A stretch of 53,093 nucleotides of DNA, counting the filler, from Malassezia furfur (Eukaryota), in the NCBI GenBank assembly GCA_052055015.1. It is 2 parts of 2 records of this genome, joined end to end, with 100 filler letters (N's around TTAATTAATTAA, not from the genome) between each part and the next. Parts side by side here need not be neighbours in the genome. Positions count along the whole stretch, not along the records: positions 1 to 26,519 come from JBQJIT010000124.1; 1 more part is not named here. One strand, written 5' to 3'. Under the pieces are notes generated by a model. The model did no database searches, was not told the DNA's origin, and saw only the letters and a list, made by a program, of their open reading frames with translations. Shown piece by piece: positions 11,352-23,089 of the stretch (position 1 is the first letter of the stretch; each line of letters starts with the position of its first letter). Both the position numbers and the translations under genes were made by a program.

Positions 11352-12673
11352 CTATGAGGATGTCTGTGTTGCTTCGCGCTGCATCTCGGTCCATGCCTTG
11401 TGCAGCGCATGGACCCAATCGAGTGCAGACGGCTGCGTGCAGGATGCGAGGTGTCGCGCATGCGCCAGCACGGGCAGGCGACGCAAGGAGCGGCCAGACG
11501 CGCCGCGGCAAGCGTCGGCGAGGTCGAGCAGGGCCGCCGAGGCGCCCGTTGCCGTGCGCGCCTCTTGGTACGGAGCGAGCGGCTCTGGCTGCGCGAGTCG
11601 CACACGCATCAGCTCGGAAAGGCACGAGGCGAGGATACGGTACACGGCCTCGCTGCCCGGCAACCCAATGTATTGTCGGATATCGGCGCGGTCCAAAAAT
11701 GCAGCGTCGATGGTCTCGGACAGGTTGGACGTCGTCATGACTAGCACATTTTGCTTGTACTTGAGCTTGTCCAGCTCCGTGAGCAGTGCATTCACGACGC
11801 GGATTGAGTCAGATGGCTCGACACCAGCCGCCGCGGACGCGCGCGCCTTGGTCAGCGATTCGATTTCGTCGATGAGCACCACAACAAAGCCAGTCTCGTC
11901 CGCGAGGAGCTCATTGATCAGTTCAAACAGGCGGTGCACGAGTTTTCCTGATTCGGAAAACCACTTGGAAAAGAGGGAATGCGAGTTGATCTCGACGAGC
12001 TTGCCGTGAGTGTACTGCGCGCTGAGGCGGATGGCGAGTTTTTGCGCAAGTGCGCGACTGAGTGTCGTTTTTCCAGTACCCGGTGGGCCATGCAGCAGCA
12101 CCATCCGGTTGCATGTGATGATATTCGCGTCGATTCCGCTTGCTGCGAACTGCATCGTGGTATAGATGTAATGGAGTAGACGTGCCTTGACGTCGTCGTT
12201 GTATACAAGACTGCATGATAAGCGAATTGGCACGTACGTTTCCCAAACGCCGTCCAATGTGCGACTCGGGAGCTCGGTGAGCGTGGCCGCCACGCTGTTG
12301 TCTGTGCCCTGGCTGTCCGCGTCGCCGACGCCAAATTCATCGACGTTGTCGGTTGGGCATGGCCGATAAATGTGGATCTGCACAGGCATGTCTGATGTAA
12401 CGCATTTTGCGCCCTTGTCTTTCCATTAAGCGTGTCGACGTACCACTTTCGGCCACGTAGACGCGCTCGACGTCATCCAGCAGGTCCGTGTTGCTCACAT
12501 CGAGCCCCTGCTCCGTGGGGTAGACGCCTTTTTGCGCAACGAGCTGTGCGACTTCGCGTCGCACGTCCTCCTCATCACGCAGCGAGTCGTAACGCTGGCA
12601 TACCTCGACTGCGTAAGCGGAATGGCATACCATGCACGACGTCCGACGCGTCCGCCAACCCCACCGTGTTCAT
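11352..12673 (-). CDS. PCH2: Pch2/TRIP13 AAA+ ATPase
   Basis: NRMVLLHGPPGTGKT, EINSHSLFSKWFSESGKLV, IDEIESL, EPSDSIRVVNALLT. Introns 12609-12630 (22 nt), 12419-12443 (25 nt), 12211-12237 (27 nt). Confidence 0.92.
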
Positions 12674-12751
12674 CGCTTCTGCCAAGACGCGTAGTGCACG
12701 TGACAACGACACGAAGGTCGAAGGACGCAGACTTGGTATCACTATTCCACA

Positions 12752-13819
12752 CTACTCGTCTTCGTCGGGCACCTCGAATTCGTTCCCGTACGGCTTCGCC
12801 GTGAAGAACGTCGGGTCAAACCAGTTGACGCGGACGTAGCCGTCTTCTCCGCCGCTCGCATAGGCCTTGCCGGTCGGGTGGATGGCGAGCGTGTTGATGG
12901 GACCGAAGTGACCCGGAAGACGTGCGCATTCCTCCTCGAAGATTTTGTGCCAGAACCTGGACTCAAACTTGCCCTGACGTGCGCTGGTCGTCGTGACGCT
13001 CATGGCCTCCTGACCACCGCCGACAATCACGTAGGGCCGCGTCGGGTGCGCGATCGCCGAGTTCAGCGGTGTGTCAGTCATGTATGTCTTCTTCACGTCC
13101 AGGGTAAATGCGTCCAGGAGCTTGGACGACTTGTCCTTGCTGCTCGTAAGTAGGTATGTCTTGTCCCAGCCCAACTGGAGGTCCGTGATGGTTTCAGTGT
13201 GCGCGTCGGTGTGGTTCAGCTCGAGCTCGGCATCGATGCCCGTCTCCGGGTTCTCCGAGTCGTGACTGTACAGCGCCACCTTACCGCTCTCGTGGCCCGT
13301 AATGATATGCTGGTCGAGCGCGTCGAAAGAGGCGACAGTCGCCTTGGACCCCGAGAAGGTGATGGTGCGCATCGGCTCCGTGGACTGCTTGGTCCATGTC
13401 GCGGGGTCGCGGTTGATTTTAAAGACGCGGAGCGCACCGCGGTGGCCACTGCGCTCCTCGGTGATGCTGAGCACCTCAGAGCCGTCGCGGTTGAACTGTA
13501 CGCACTTGACGGCGGTGGGGAACTCCCACGTGTAGAGGCACTGTCCGGTCTGCACGTCCCAAAGACGCATTTGGTTGTCTGCGGAACCGGTGATGAGCAG
13601 TTTGGAGTTGTTGTCGACGTCGACAGACCACACGGTACCGTTGTGTCCGTTGTACGTGCCGAGGCGCTCGCCGTTGTGCGAGAACCACACGTTCACCACA
13701 TTATCCTTAGACACAGAGAACAGAAGATCACCCTCGCGGTTGAATTTGATCTGGTTCAGAGAACGGGTATGACCCGAGAGCACAATAGGACGCTAGGTCA
13801 GCCATGCCATACGCACCAT
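12752..13819 (-). CDS. TIF34: Translation initiation factor eIF3 subunit i (WD40)
   Basis: ATG, 24-nt intron 13793-13816, then RPIVLSGHTRSLNQIKFNREGDLLFS; GGGQEAMSVTTT; GHFGPINT; SGGEDGYVR. Confidence 0.95.
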
Positions 13820-14025
13820 CTTCTCGTCCGTGCTGGAGACGACGCGCTCGCCGTGCAAAACTAAAACGGGTCGTCACGTGCGATCTCGGCCGATGCGCCT
13901 GGCCCCGCTGCGCGCCAAACAGTGCGGTTGGCCCAGACGATTGTCGCACAACGCGGTCCCCTCGTCTTACCCCAGGAAGTGCGCTTGGGTGTCCAGACCG
14001 TTGAGCAAAGCCAATTTTAACCAGC

Positions 14026-15350
14026 ATGGGACAAATTCTTTCTGAGCCCATCACGGAGAAGCGCACTTCCCGTGGTGAGGACGACCGCCATCTGTACTGC
14101 GTGTCCGACATGCAGGGTTGGCGTATTTCGATGGAAGATGCGCACGCCGCCGTGCTCAACCTTCCCGAGGACGCCAACGTGCCCTCGAACGAACGCGTAA
14201 GCTTCTTTGGGGTGTACGACGGTCATGGCGGTAGGTTGCGCACACTGTACTGACCCTAGGCGCCAATGTCGCTCGCTATGCCGGCCGCACGGTGCACAAG
14301 CGTCTCGCCGATCTGACCGAGTTCAAGCAGCACCAATGGGAGGCAGCACTGCGCCGTGCATTTTTGAAGACGGACGAGGACCTGCGTGTTGGTAGGTGGC
14401 CTGACTCACGCAGACCCGGTGTACGCCAACGACACGTCGGGTTGTACGGCGGTGGTTGCCCTGCTGGTGCCCGAGGCGAGCACCCCCCAAGGCCGGAGGA
14501 TCTACTGTGCCAACTCGGGTGACTCGCGCTGTATTTTGGGCCTGGCCGGTGAGGCGAAGCCCATGAGCTACGATCACAAGCCGAGCAACCCGGAGGAGCA
14601 TGCGCGCATTCACAACGCGGGTGGCTTTGTCGAGTTTGACCGTGTGAATGGCAATCTGGCCCTGAGCCGTGCGCTGGGCGACTTTGAGTTCAAGCAAAAC
14701 TCGTCGCTCCCCGCCGAGCAACAGATTGTGACGGCCGATCCGCAGGTGATCTCGCACGATTACACGGGCGAAGAAGAGTTCCTGGTGCTGGCATGCGACG
14801 GCATCTGGGACTGCCTATCGAACCAGCAGGTTGTAGACCTCGTCCGGAGAGGTGTCGCGCAGGGCAAGGAGCTCGACACGATTACAGAGGACATCATTGA
14901 CCGCTGCTTGGCTCCAGATGCGGAAGTCGGCGGCATTGGTTGCGATAATGTACGTCGGCATGCGGTGCTTACCTCCAGATGACACTCCTGATTGTCGCCA
15001 TGCTTGGCAATCGCACCAAAGATGAGTGGTATGCGTGGGTCAAGGAACGCGTGGACAAAAAGGTTGGCTACGACACACCTGAGTCGGTCCCCCCTGTGTT
15101 CCGCACGCAGCTGCAGCAAAACAACGGGTCGCAGTCGCTGTTTGGTGGCAGCAGCGCAGCGCAGCGCAACATGGCGCTGTCGTTTAACGGCCTGGGTTCG
15201 GGTGGCCTGCTTTCGGCGATCCCCCGCGTGCTTGCTGGCCAAAGCGCCGAGGAAGAAGAGGTGGAGGGCGCCGGGGTCGATGCGGCGGTCGCGAGCGTCG
15301 CCTCGGACGTGTCCAACACGGAGCCGACCACGGCGAACAAGAATGCATAA
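14026..15350 (+). CDS. Protein phosphatase 2C, Ptc2/Ptc3 type
   Basis: MGQILSEP, MQGWRISMEDAH, GVYDGHGG, NSGDSR, DHKP, RVNGNLALSRALGDFEFK, LACDGIWD, GCDNMT. Introns 14231-14259, 14392-14413, 14950-14978. Confidence 0.93.
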
Positions 15351-15421
15351 TGCAGATACCGTAGCGGCTCGGGAATCATACTGAGCGGCTCTTTGACTTG
15401 GATTTGTGTGTACGACGTTAT

Positions 15422-17386
15422 CTACAGAGCGCTACCGGCCTTGCCGGCCTGGGGCCAAGCACGCCACCAACCATTCACGTCGGCGCTCCATGGCAGGCTG
15501 CCTGCGAACGAGGGACATGTGCCGTCCACCTGGCTGTAGGTAAAGCGGTCCTTGTGGAAGAGTAGGATGGCGCGGTAGTGCAATGCGATGGCGAGCACGA
15601 TCGCAATGTGCCACATCTGGTGCGAGTGGCCCAGCAAATCGAAGCGCCCGGGCCAGTACTTCTCGGGGAAACGCAGCGCGTACACTACCACCCCGGCAAT
15701 GTACGATGCGATGCTGGGGATAATGGGCGAGAAGAAATAGATCATGTGCTTGAAGCCGTGCAGGTACATCCCGTGCGTAAACGGCACCAGCCCCACGAGC
15801 GCCATGATGACAAACAGCGAGATGCGCAGCGTACGGTTTTTTGGGTCGTCGAACCACGGGTACCACGGCAAGACGCCCATCGTGGTACCTAGCATAAACA
15901 CCCCGACTGAGTACAAGGCAATCAGGTTCGGCTGGCAGTAAAAGCCGTTGTACACGAGCGTGAGCAACGACGCGGCAACGAGCCACGAGATGCCCGTGTA
16001 GTCGATGCACGCAAAGCACTGGAACCAGTTTAAATCTGCACACCCCGCCATGACGTGCCACGACACGGAGCACACGAGGCACTTGGCCGCCGCGAGCAGG
16101 TACAGCGTCTGGATCCAGCGGTCCGTCGTGGTAGTGAGCGAGTCGAGCGAGCCGCTGAACCAGAACAGCGCGCCAATCAACACAAGCCCGCCGAGATGCG
16201 TATGGATGTTGCCGGTCTCGTTGTGGATTTGGAAGATGCTGCCCAGCAGCGTCGTCCAGTTGCGCACGGGAATGAAACGGTAGCCCGTGTGAATGCAGTC
16301 GTTATTGCGCCACAGCGTCGGCAGTGACTGGTACGAGATGAGTACGCGCCCCTCACGAGCCAGCTCGCGAGCCGCCTGGTACAGTGCATCCTCCAAGTCG
16401 TGCACCGCTTGGTTTGCGCGCTGCACCAGATGGGTCGCGCCCGCACGGCCCTGCTCGCTCATCTCGCCGAGTTTTTCCTCGAAGCGGTGGAAGAGCTCTG
16501 AGGCGGGTGTCTCCCATGCCGCGAGGCTTGCGGGCAGCGATGCCTGGCTCAGGCGCATCGGCATGCTGTGCATCTGCTCCATGAAGGTGTGCAGGCGGCG
16601 TTGTACCTCGTCGCTCACTTGTTCGCGGCTCGGCATGTGTACCATCGGCGACCAGTCGCCCTGAATCATGCCGAGCGGCGACGAGTACGACCACGCAGGC
16701 ACACTGGCGTTCGCATCCGGCTCCATCGTTGCATTCCACCCGAGCGACCCGAACGACAACGGACCGGACTGGGGGAAGAGTGCCGGATTCGGCATGTGTG
16801 CGTGCTGCTCCCAGTCCTTCATGAGCGTCTGTAGCTTGTGCGACAAATCGGACTGAGACGGAAGACTGTCGTACAGCGCACTGGGGCCCATCGGCAACCG
16901 CTGCGACAGGTTGCCCAATGCGTGGTACACGACGTCCAGCTGATGCGTCATCATCGAGATTGAAGCTTTGAGTACATTGTCGCTGCTGTCGTGGGACTCG
17001 AGGATGGCGTGCATCCGCTGGTCAATGTCGTGGACATGCCGCGCGGCTTCGGATCGCAGGTACGCCAGCCAGTACGGTAGCGAGAATTGGAGATCGAGCT
17101 GCATCAGTCACACGCCACATACCGCATCCACGGAAGAGTGTGCCGGCGTGTGGGCACCTTCGCTGTGGTCCGAAATGCTCGGTGGCCGCGACGACTGTGA
17201 CGCCCGCAGCGCTGGGCCGCCCTCAATCGAGTCGGACAGCGCCGCAAGCGCCGCCGCAGTCACGGGTGTGTAATGTACATGGTTCGGCGTACTCGGGCAT
17301 GGATTTCTGGGCGGCGTACTGACGTCCGACCCAGACCCGCTCGGTGTCAGATCGCTGCCCATTGTCGCATGAAGCCAAGCATTCAT
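15422..17386 (-). CDS. PAQR/hemolysin-III family membrane protein, Izh3-like
   Basis: GYRF, HNETGNIHTH, SVSWH, DYTGI, FPEKYWPGRFDLLGHSHQMWH with about seven hydrophobic helices; 24-nt intron 17099-17122. Start uncertain (17386 or 17362). Confidence 0.88.
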
Positions 17387-17611
17387 GGGGCGCCACTAGA
17401 CGACGCAATCAACCTCCACTTGGGGCACCCCGGCGCGCGCATTGGGTGGCGGCTTACGCCGAAATCCTGGCTGGCCCCTGCGCATCCTTTGGGGAGGATT
17501 GGGGCGCCCGCAAGCTCCGGAAGTGGGCCGCTTCGTCGGTGCACGCTACATAGCATTGCGGTCTCTTTACTATCCACACCATAGCATACTGAGCACAGGG
17601 TGCCGTGCACC

Positions 17612-18106
17612 TCAGCGCCATGCCCACGCTTCCTCATCCCAATCTGCCACCAGATCGCGCTCGTTCTTGAATTTGGGACCAAAATGCGCAAATCCATCGC
17701 GTAGCACAAAGATGGCCTGTTCCTTGATCGGCATACGGCCTGCGGCCTGCGCAGCGTCGCGTGTCTCGCGATAGATCCGGGCCGATTTGGGGCCGCGCTG
17801 CTGCGAGAGCGAGCAGTGGAATACGACCCGCTCGTAGTCCTGCAGCTCCTTGCCGACCAGCGAGTCGACACGGGTCAGAAACGTGCCCGACGGGGCATGG
17901 ATGGCACCCACAATGTGTCCACCCTCGTAGTCATCGTCCCGGACGTCCACGACCGCGATCGACTTGGGGGTCTGCGTACGCCTCCGTAGCTCGGAGGCGA
18001 GTGTATCTGCGTCCATGTACTGATACGGCGGCGAAAACGACATGATCCCTCGCGATCCCAACCACGTTCCTGCCCGTGCACGTACCGCGGCGGCGGCTCG
18101 AAGCAT
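17612..18106 (-). CDS. Cdc25-like rhodanese-fold phosphatase/arsenate reductase (Ibp1/Ych1/Acr2 type)
   Basis: VVDVRDDDYEGGHIVGA, VVFHCSLSQQRGP (HCx5R), VLRDGF. Two in-frame ATGs at 18106 and 18043. Confidence 0.88.
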   Translation of the reverse strand: MLRAAAAVRARAGTWLGSRGIMSFSPPYQYMDADTLASELRRRTQTPKSIAVVDVRDDDYEGGHIVGAIHAPSGTFLTRVDSLVGKELQDYERVVFHCSLSQQRGPKSARIYRETRDAAQAAGRMPIKEQAIFVLRDGFAHFGPKFKNERDLVADWDEEAWAWR

Positions 18107-18161
18107 CCGGCAACTTCGGCCGAACGCACGCACACGCGCTCCGCCGCCGCCCTCCAGCAGC

Positions 18162-19312
18162 ATGGGAGGGGTCGCGACGTTCCAGCCGCCGGACGTGGCG
18201 CCGCCGGATCTCGGCGCCGACGACATCGAACACGCCGTTCATGAGCTGATCGCCAAGGTCGCTCGGCGGACGGGATACAAGGGCGCGCAGTCGAGCGCCG
18301 TGCGTCGGCTCACCGAGCTCGTGGACGACTGTAGGTCGCGTGCACTCACGCAGTCATGATGACCCTCACACGCAGCACGGCACAGTTTGCTGCACAGTCA
18401 AACCGGCAGTCGCCGACGGTGCACGACGTGCTGCAGACGTTCGCCTATCTCGGGATGGATACGCCGCCGCTCATTGCGTATGCTCAGCAGACGACTGCCG
18501 ACCGTACGCATCGCACGCCGGTCCGCGCGGCGCGGGCACGGCACGGGCCCGAGGCATGGGCGGATCCAACAGCTGACTTCCTTCCGTCGGATGATGAGGG
18601 CAAGAACCGCGATGATGACGAGGAGCCGTCCGTGTGGAAGAAGCTGATGAGCGATATCGTGCCCGACCACCTTCCGCCGCAGCCGCCACGACACTGCTGG
18701 ATGTTTACGCCGATGTATGCAACCCAGATGCTCTCTGAGCTGCCGATGATGCAGCTCGTGAATCGGAAACTGGACAATGCGCGCCTCGTCGAGGCATCGC
18801 TGCGCCGCCTAATCCGTGAGACGGACAAGGCTGCCCTGCCGGAGCTCGAGCCCAAGTCGCGTGCGGATGATGCAGCGATGACCATCGATGCCGAGCCTGC
18901 GAGCATCTCCGCTGAGGCCACCGAGCCTAAGCGCACGGAAAAAGCCGAGAAGACCGAACCTGCAGCGGCTGATGCGCCGCCCCCTGCCGGGACTGAAGTG
19001 GCGCAGCCAGCCGATGCACCGGCAGGGCCCGATGCCGACACGCCCGCCGTGGCCAGCACACCAGCGCAAGTATCTGCGCCGGCCTCAGATGATGTGGTGC
19101 CCGAGCCTAATGAGGCGCACCGCGAGAGTTCGGCCAAGATGCTCGATACCAAGAAACCGCTGCTGCGTGCGGTCAACTACAAACTGAGTTGGTATGCGTC
19201 GCTCGCGTCCAATGACAGCCGTCTTCCCAGTGCGAACTTGTATACGGCGCGACTGCGCGGTGCTGTAGACGAAGGCGGGGTGGCCAAACGACCCCGACGG
19301 TACCTTGTATAG
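18162..19312 (+). CDS. TAF8: TFIID subunit Taf8 (histone-fold/Bromo_TP)
   Basis: Histone-fold-like N-terminus joined by 23-nt intron 18331-18353; RQSPTVHDV; VPDHLPPQPPRH resembles the TAF8 C-terminal motif. Confidence 0.7.
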
Positions 19313-19379
19313 TGCTCCCAAAAAAAAACTGGTATCCCCTAAATCATCTCTACTCTACAATACGCGTCGCTGGCGTGCA

Positions 19380-22300
19380 TTACGCATTATTGTCCCCCTC
19401 CTTCTCATTATACGAGTCTTGCGTCGTGGAAGTGTGCAGGTCAAGACCCTTGTCCTCCTTGCGGGCGCGGCGGCGGAAGTAGACTCGCTTGCCAAACTTC
19501 CACGACTCGACGCCGACAAAGAACAAGAGCGTGCACACGAAGATAATGCCCCACTCCCAGCCATTGGGTCCCTTGTGCAGGAACACAACCTTGTTCAGGC
19601 CGGGGATGTACAAAATCGGGAACACGCTGGTGAAGCCGAGCACCACACAGGCAAACAGGAACTTATTCGTCCAGGTGTCGTAGAACCACTGCGACCAGAT
19701 TGGCTTGTCGTTGTGCATGCGGAAGAAGGAGCGGCGCATGTTGATCACCTCCCAGGCGAGGAACAACGAGAACCAGGTAATCACGGCGAACGTCGCACCA
19801 CGCGCACGGAACACAAGGTCACACGAGTCGTTGTACTTGTTGTTGCAGTCCAGACCGAGGTCGCCGTTGCCCCAACCGTACATCACCAACGAGAACGTAG
19901 CCAAGCACAGCGCCGCCATCCACAGGCCATACACGAGCAGGTCAAACAGCACCTCAAGCGTAAAGATACCAAAGCGCGACGTGCTCGGCTTCTGCTCCAT
20001 CACGTCGGGCGCTGCCTGCTCCATACCCAGACCCATGGCCGGGAAACCACTCGTGACCATAATCACATACAGAATCTCAACCGGGCTCAGGGGGAACACG
20101 GAGAGTTCCGTGTCATCCTTAAAGGCGAGACCAATCAGCAGCACACAGGCTTGCGCCACGTTCTGCGAGAGCAGGTGCAGCACAAACTTTTGAATGTTGT
20201 TGTACATGCGACGGCCCTCCTCGATGGCATTGCCGATCGACGCAAAATTGTCGTCGGTCAGCACAATGTCAGAGGCGTCCTTGGCCACGTCCGAGCCGGC
20301 CTCGCCCATGGCAATACCCACATCGGACAGCTTAAGCGACGGCGAGTCGTTGACACCATCACCGGTCATCGCACAGTAGCGACCGCGGCGGTGGAGCGCC
20401 TCAATCATGCGCACCTTGGTCTGCGGCGCACAGCGCGCAATCACGAGCGGCAGCACGGGCATGCGGTCGATTTGCTCGTCCGACAGGCGGTCAAACTGCG
20501 TCGCTGTCATCACGAGCGAGTCAGACATCTCCTTCGAGTAGCGCTTGGCGATCTGCGAGGCGGGCGCCACAATGCCGACCTGCTCGGCAATCGCGCGCGC
20601 CGTGCCCGGGTGGTCACCCGTGAGCATGTGCACCTCAATGCCAGCACGGTGGCACGTCTCGACGGCGCCCTTGGACTCGGGACGGGGCGGGTCGTAGATA
20701 CCGGCCAGACCGACAAACGTCATGCGCGACTCGACCGTCTCGCGGCTGAGCGAGTCGCCCTTCTTGGCCTCCCCGTCAGACAGCTGGCGATGGCCAAGGG
20801 CGAGCACACGCAGACCTTGTTTGGCAAGCGCTTCCATGTTCTTGAGGATATCGTCCTTCATCTCCTCGTCGAGCGCCTCCTTCTTCGAGTCGAGCTGCAC
20901 TTCGGTGCACGCGTTAAGCACCATCTCGACGGCACCCTTCATCAATGCGCGCGTCTCGCCGGTGCGCGTGTTGTGGAAGGTGACGGCCATGCGCTTGACA
21001 CTGCTGTCAAAGGGGTACTCGGAGACCAGCTTCCACTCGGCAGTGCTCTGCTTCTCCGTGTCATCGTCCTCGTGCGGGATCTTGAGCTGGTCGCCGCCCA
21101 TGCCAAAACGGCACGCAAACGTCTGCAGCGCACATTCCGTCGGGTCACCGAGCGCCTTCCACTCGCCCGTCTCCTTCTCCTTGAAAACCTTGGCGAGGTT
21201 GCAAATCGACGCAATGGTCACATAGTCCACAAGCGGCTTGTACTTGTCCTGGTCGAGGCCCTTGGCTTGCGCATCCGAGGCAACTACATCGCCTTCGATC
21301 TGCGCATGCAGACCCTCCTCTTGGTCGGCAGGGTTGCCGCCCATGTGAGTCACGTCGGCGCTGTGCGGGTTGAATGGCTCATTGCTCTCCGCCACGCCAA
21401 GCTGGCCGATCGAGGGGAGCCATGCCTTCTTGACAATCATCTTGCCCTGAGTCAAGGTGCCGGTCTTATCCGAGCAAATGTCGGTAATCGAACCAAGAGC
21501 CTCGAGAGACTCGAGCTTGCGCACGATCACATGGCGCTGCACCATCGCGCGGCTACCCATCGCCATGGTAATGGTCAACACGGCTGTGAGCGAAGCGGGG
21601 ATCATTGATACACCCGTCGCGACCGCATAGATAATCACCTCCTTGTCGCTCCAGTTGTTGGCGGCGAAACAGATAATGGCAAACACCACCGCAATCACAA
21701 AGAGCAACACCGCGAGCTTAGCCAGGTTGATCTGCAGCGGTGTGCCCTTGGTCAGGCCCAGGAACGCCAATACTTGGTCCCACACGGTCAAGGCACCCGC
21801 ACGCACGTAATCGTGCGGCTTCGCCTTGCCGTACGCGTTGCGCTTCACCGAGCGGATCTTGTTGCCCTTGGAGGCGCCCTGCAGCGCCTCGGCAATGCGG
21901 CCAATCTCGGTGTTCATACCGGTCGCCGTAACCACGAGCGTGGCGCGGCCCTTAGACACGGTCGAAGACGTGTAGGCCATGTTCAAGCGGTCACCGACGC
22001 CCACCTCGTCGCCCTGGTCGCTGGGCGGGAATACTTGCGTGTGGTCCTTGGCCACCGGTAGCGACTCACCAGTAAGCAGTGCCTCGTCCGTCTCAAAGTT
22101 CATCATATCAAGAATACGGCAGTCAGCGGGGACCGTGTCACCGGTCGACAGCTCCAAAATATCGCCAGGGACCACCTCCGAAGCATTGATAGTGGTCGAG
22201 GAGCCCGAACGGACCACCTGGGCGGTAGGCGAGGCGAGCGAGCGCAGCGAGTTCATCGTCTTTTCTGCCGAAAGCTCTTGGAAAAAGCCGACGAATACAT

Positions 22301-22700
22301 TGATACCCACCACACCGGCAATCACACCACCCTCGATCCACGACTGGATGGCCAGCGCCACAATCATAGCAATGATCAGCACAAGGGTCATTGAATTGGC
22401 GATTTGGTTCACGAGGATGCGGGTGATGCTGATGCTGTCGCCCTTGTCCAGCTGATTTTCACCATAGGTATCCAAGCGGCTTTTCGCCTCGTTGTTCGAC
22501 AGGCCCTCGAGCTGGTCGGTGCCCAGCGCCCGCACTACTACGTTGCCGTGGTAGTGGTGCGGGTGCGCGAGGGCCTCTTCGCGGCTGACATCCTTGTTAT
22601 CCTTGGCAGGTTGGCCCTCATGGTTGGACTGAGCAGGTGCTTGGTTGTTGCTGCCTTTCTCGCTTTGGTTGTTTGCTTGGTTGGAGGCGTTCGAACTCAT
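19380..22700 (-). CDS. ENA1: ENA-type Na+/K+-exporting P-type ATPase (P2D)
   Basis: LTGES, MIPASL, ICSDKTGTLTQGKM, KGAVE, DPPR, TGDH, MTGDGVNDSPS; intronless 1106-aa ORF. Confidence 0.92.
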   Translation of the reverse strand: MSSNASNQANNQSEKGSNNQAPAQSNHEGQPAKDNKDVSREEALAHPHHYHGNVVVRALGTDQLEGLSNNEAKSRLDTYGENQLDKGDSISITRILVNQIANSMTLVLIIAMIVALAIQSWIEGGVIAGVVGINVFVGFFQELSAEKTMNSLRSLASPTAQVVRSGSSTTINASEVVPGDILELSTGDTVPADCRILDMMNFETDEALLTGESLPVAKDHTQVFPPSDQGDEVGVGDRLNMAYTSSTVSKGRATLVVTATGMNTEIGRIAEALQGASKGNKIRSVKRNAYGKAKPHDYVRAGALTVWDQVLAFLGLTKGTPLQINLAKLAVLLFVIAVVFAIICFAANNWSDKEVIIYAVATGVSMIPASLTAVLTITMAMGSRAMVQRHVIVRKLESLEALGSITDICSDKTGTLTQGKMIVKKAWLPSIGQLGVAESNEPFNPHSADVTHMGGNPADQEEGLHAQIEGDVVASDAQAKGLDQDKYKPLVDYVTIASICNLAKVFKEKETGEWKALGDPTECALQTFACRFGMGGDQLKIPHEDDDTEKQSTAEWKLVSEYPFDSSVKRMAVTFHNTRTGETRALMKGAVEMVLNACTEVQLDSKKEALDEEMKDDILKNMEALAKQGLRVLALGHRQLSDGEAKKGDSLSRETVESRMTFVGLAGIYDPPRPESKGAVETCHRAGIEVHMLTGDHPGTARAIAEQVGIVAPASQIAKRYSKEMSDSLVMTATQFDRLSDEQIDRMPVLPLVIARCAPQTKVRMIEALHRRGRYCAMTGDGVNDSPSLKLSDVGIAMGEAGSDVAKDASDIVLTDDNFASIGNAIEEGRRMYNNIQKFVLHLLSQNVAQACVLLIGLAFKDDTELSVFPLSPVEILYVIMVTSGFPAMGLGMEQAAPDVMEQKPSTSRFGIFTLEVLFDLLVYGLWMAALCLATFSLVMYGWGNGDLGLDCNNKYNDSCDLVFRARGATFAVITWFSLFLAWEVINMRRSFFRMHNDKPIWSQWFYDTWTNKFLFACVVLGFTSVFPILYIPGLNKVVFLHKGPNGWEWGIIFVCTLLFFVGVESWKFGKRVYFRRRARKEDKGLDLHTSTTQDSYNEKEGDNNA

Positions 22701-23089
22701 ATACTAGTAGTGTTCCGGCTGCTCTGCAAACACAAAACACGCTGAGGAGATCTGCGCGGAATTTAGCCCATACTTATATAACTTTCGTGCCGCCCATCAG
22801 GGAGATAACCCTAGCCATGCGCACGAGATTACCGTTCCCGGATGTGTGCCAAGACCGAGAGATTGCCCAACTTTTCAGGTCGTGGAGCGAACTGCATACG
22901 CCAAGCAATTCAATTTACGCAAACCGTCGCGCGGCATGCATCCTATGTGCCACGGTGGAGAAAATTGTTTATTTTCTCGATTGTGATTGGCTAATGCCAA
23001 TGCGCGCACTCGCAACCGACACTGCCACACAGTCTTGGCAACAAGGGTTTCCGGGCCATTTGACCTAGGAACAACCGGCCTATATCGCC

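Noticed and set aside
19305..21608. 767-aa + strand ORF opposite the ENA ATPase
   Set aside because: Antisense shadow ORF. The same applies to 565-2592, 34414-35487, 40763-42124, 26775-28157 and 45454-46845.
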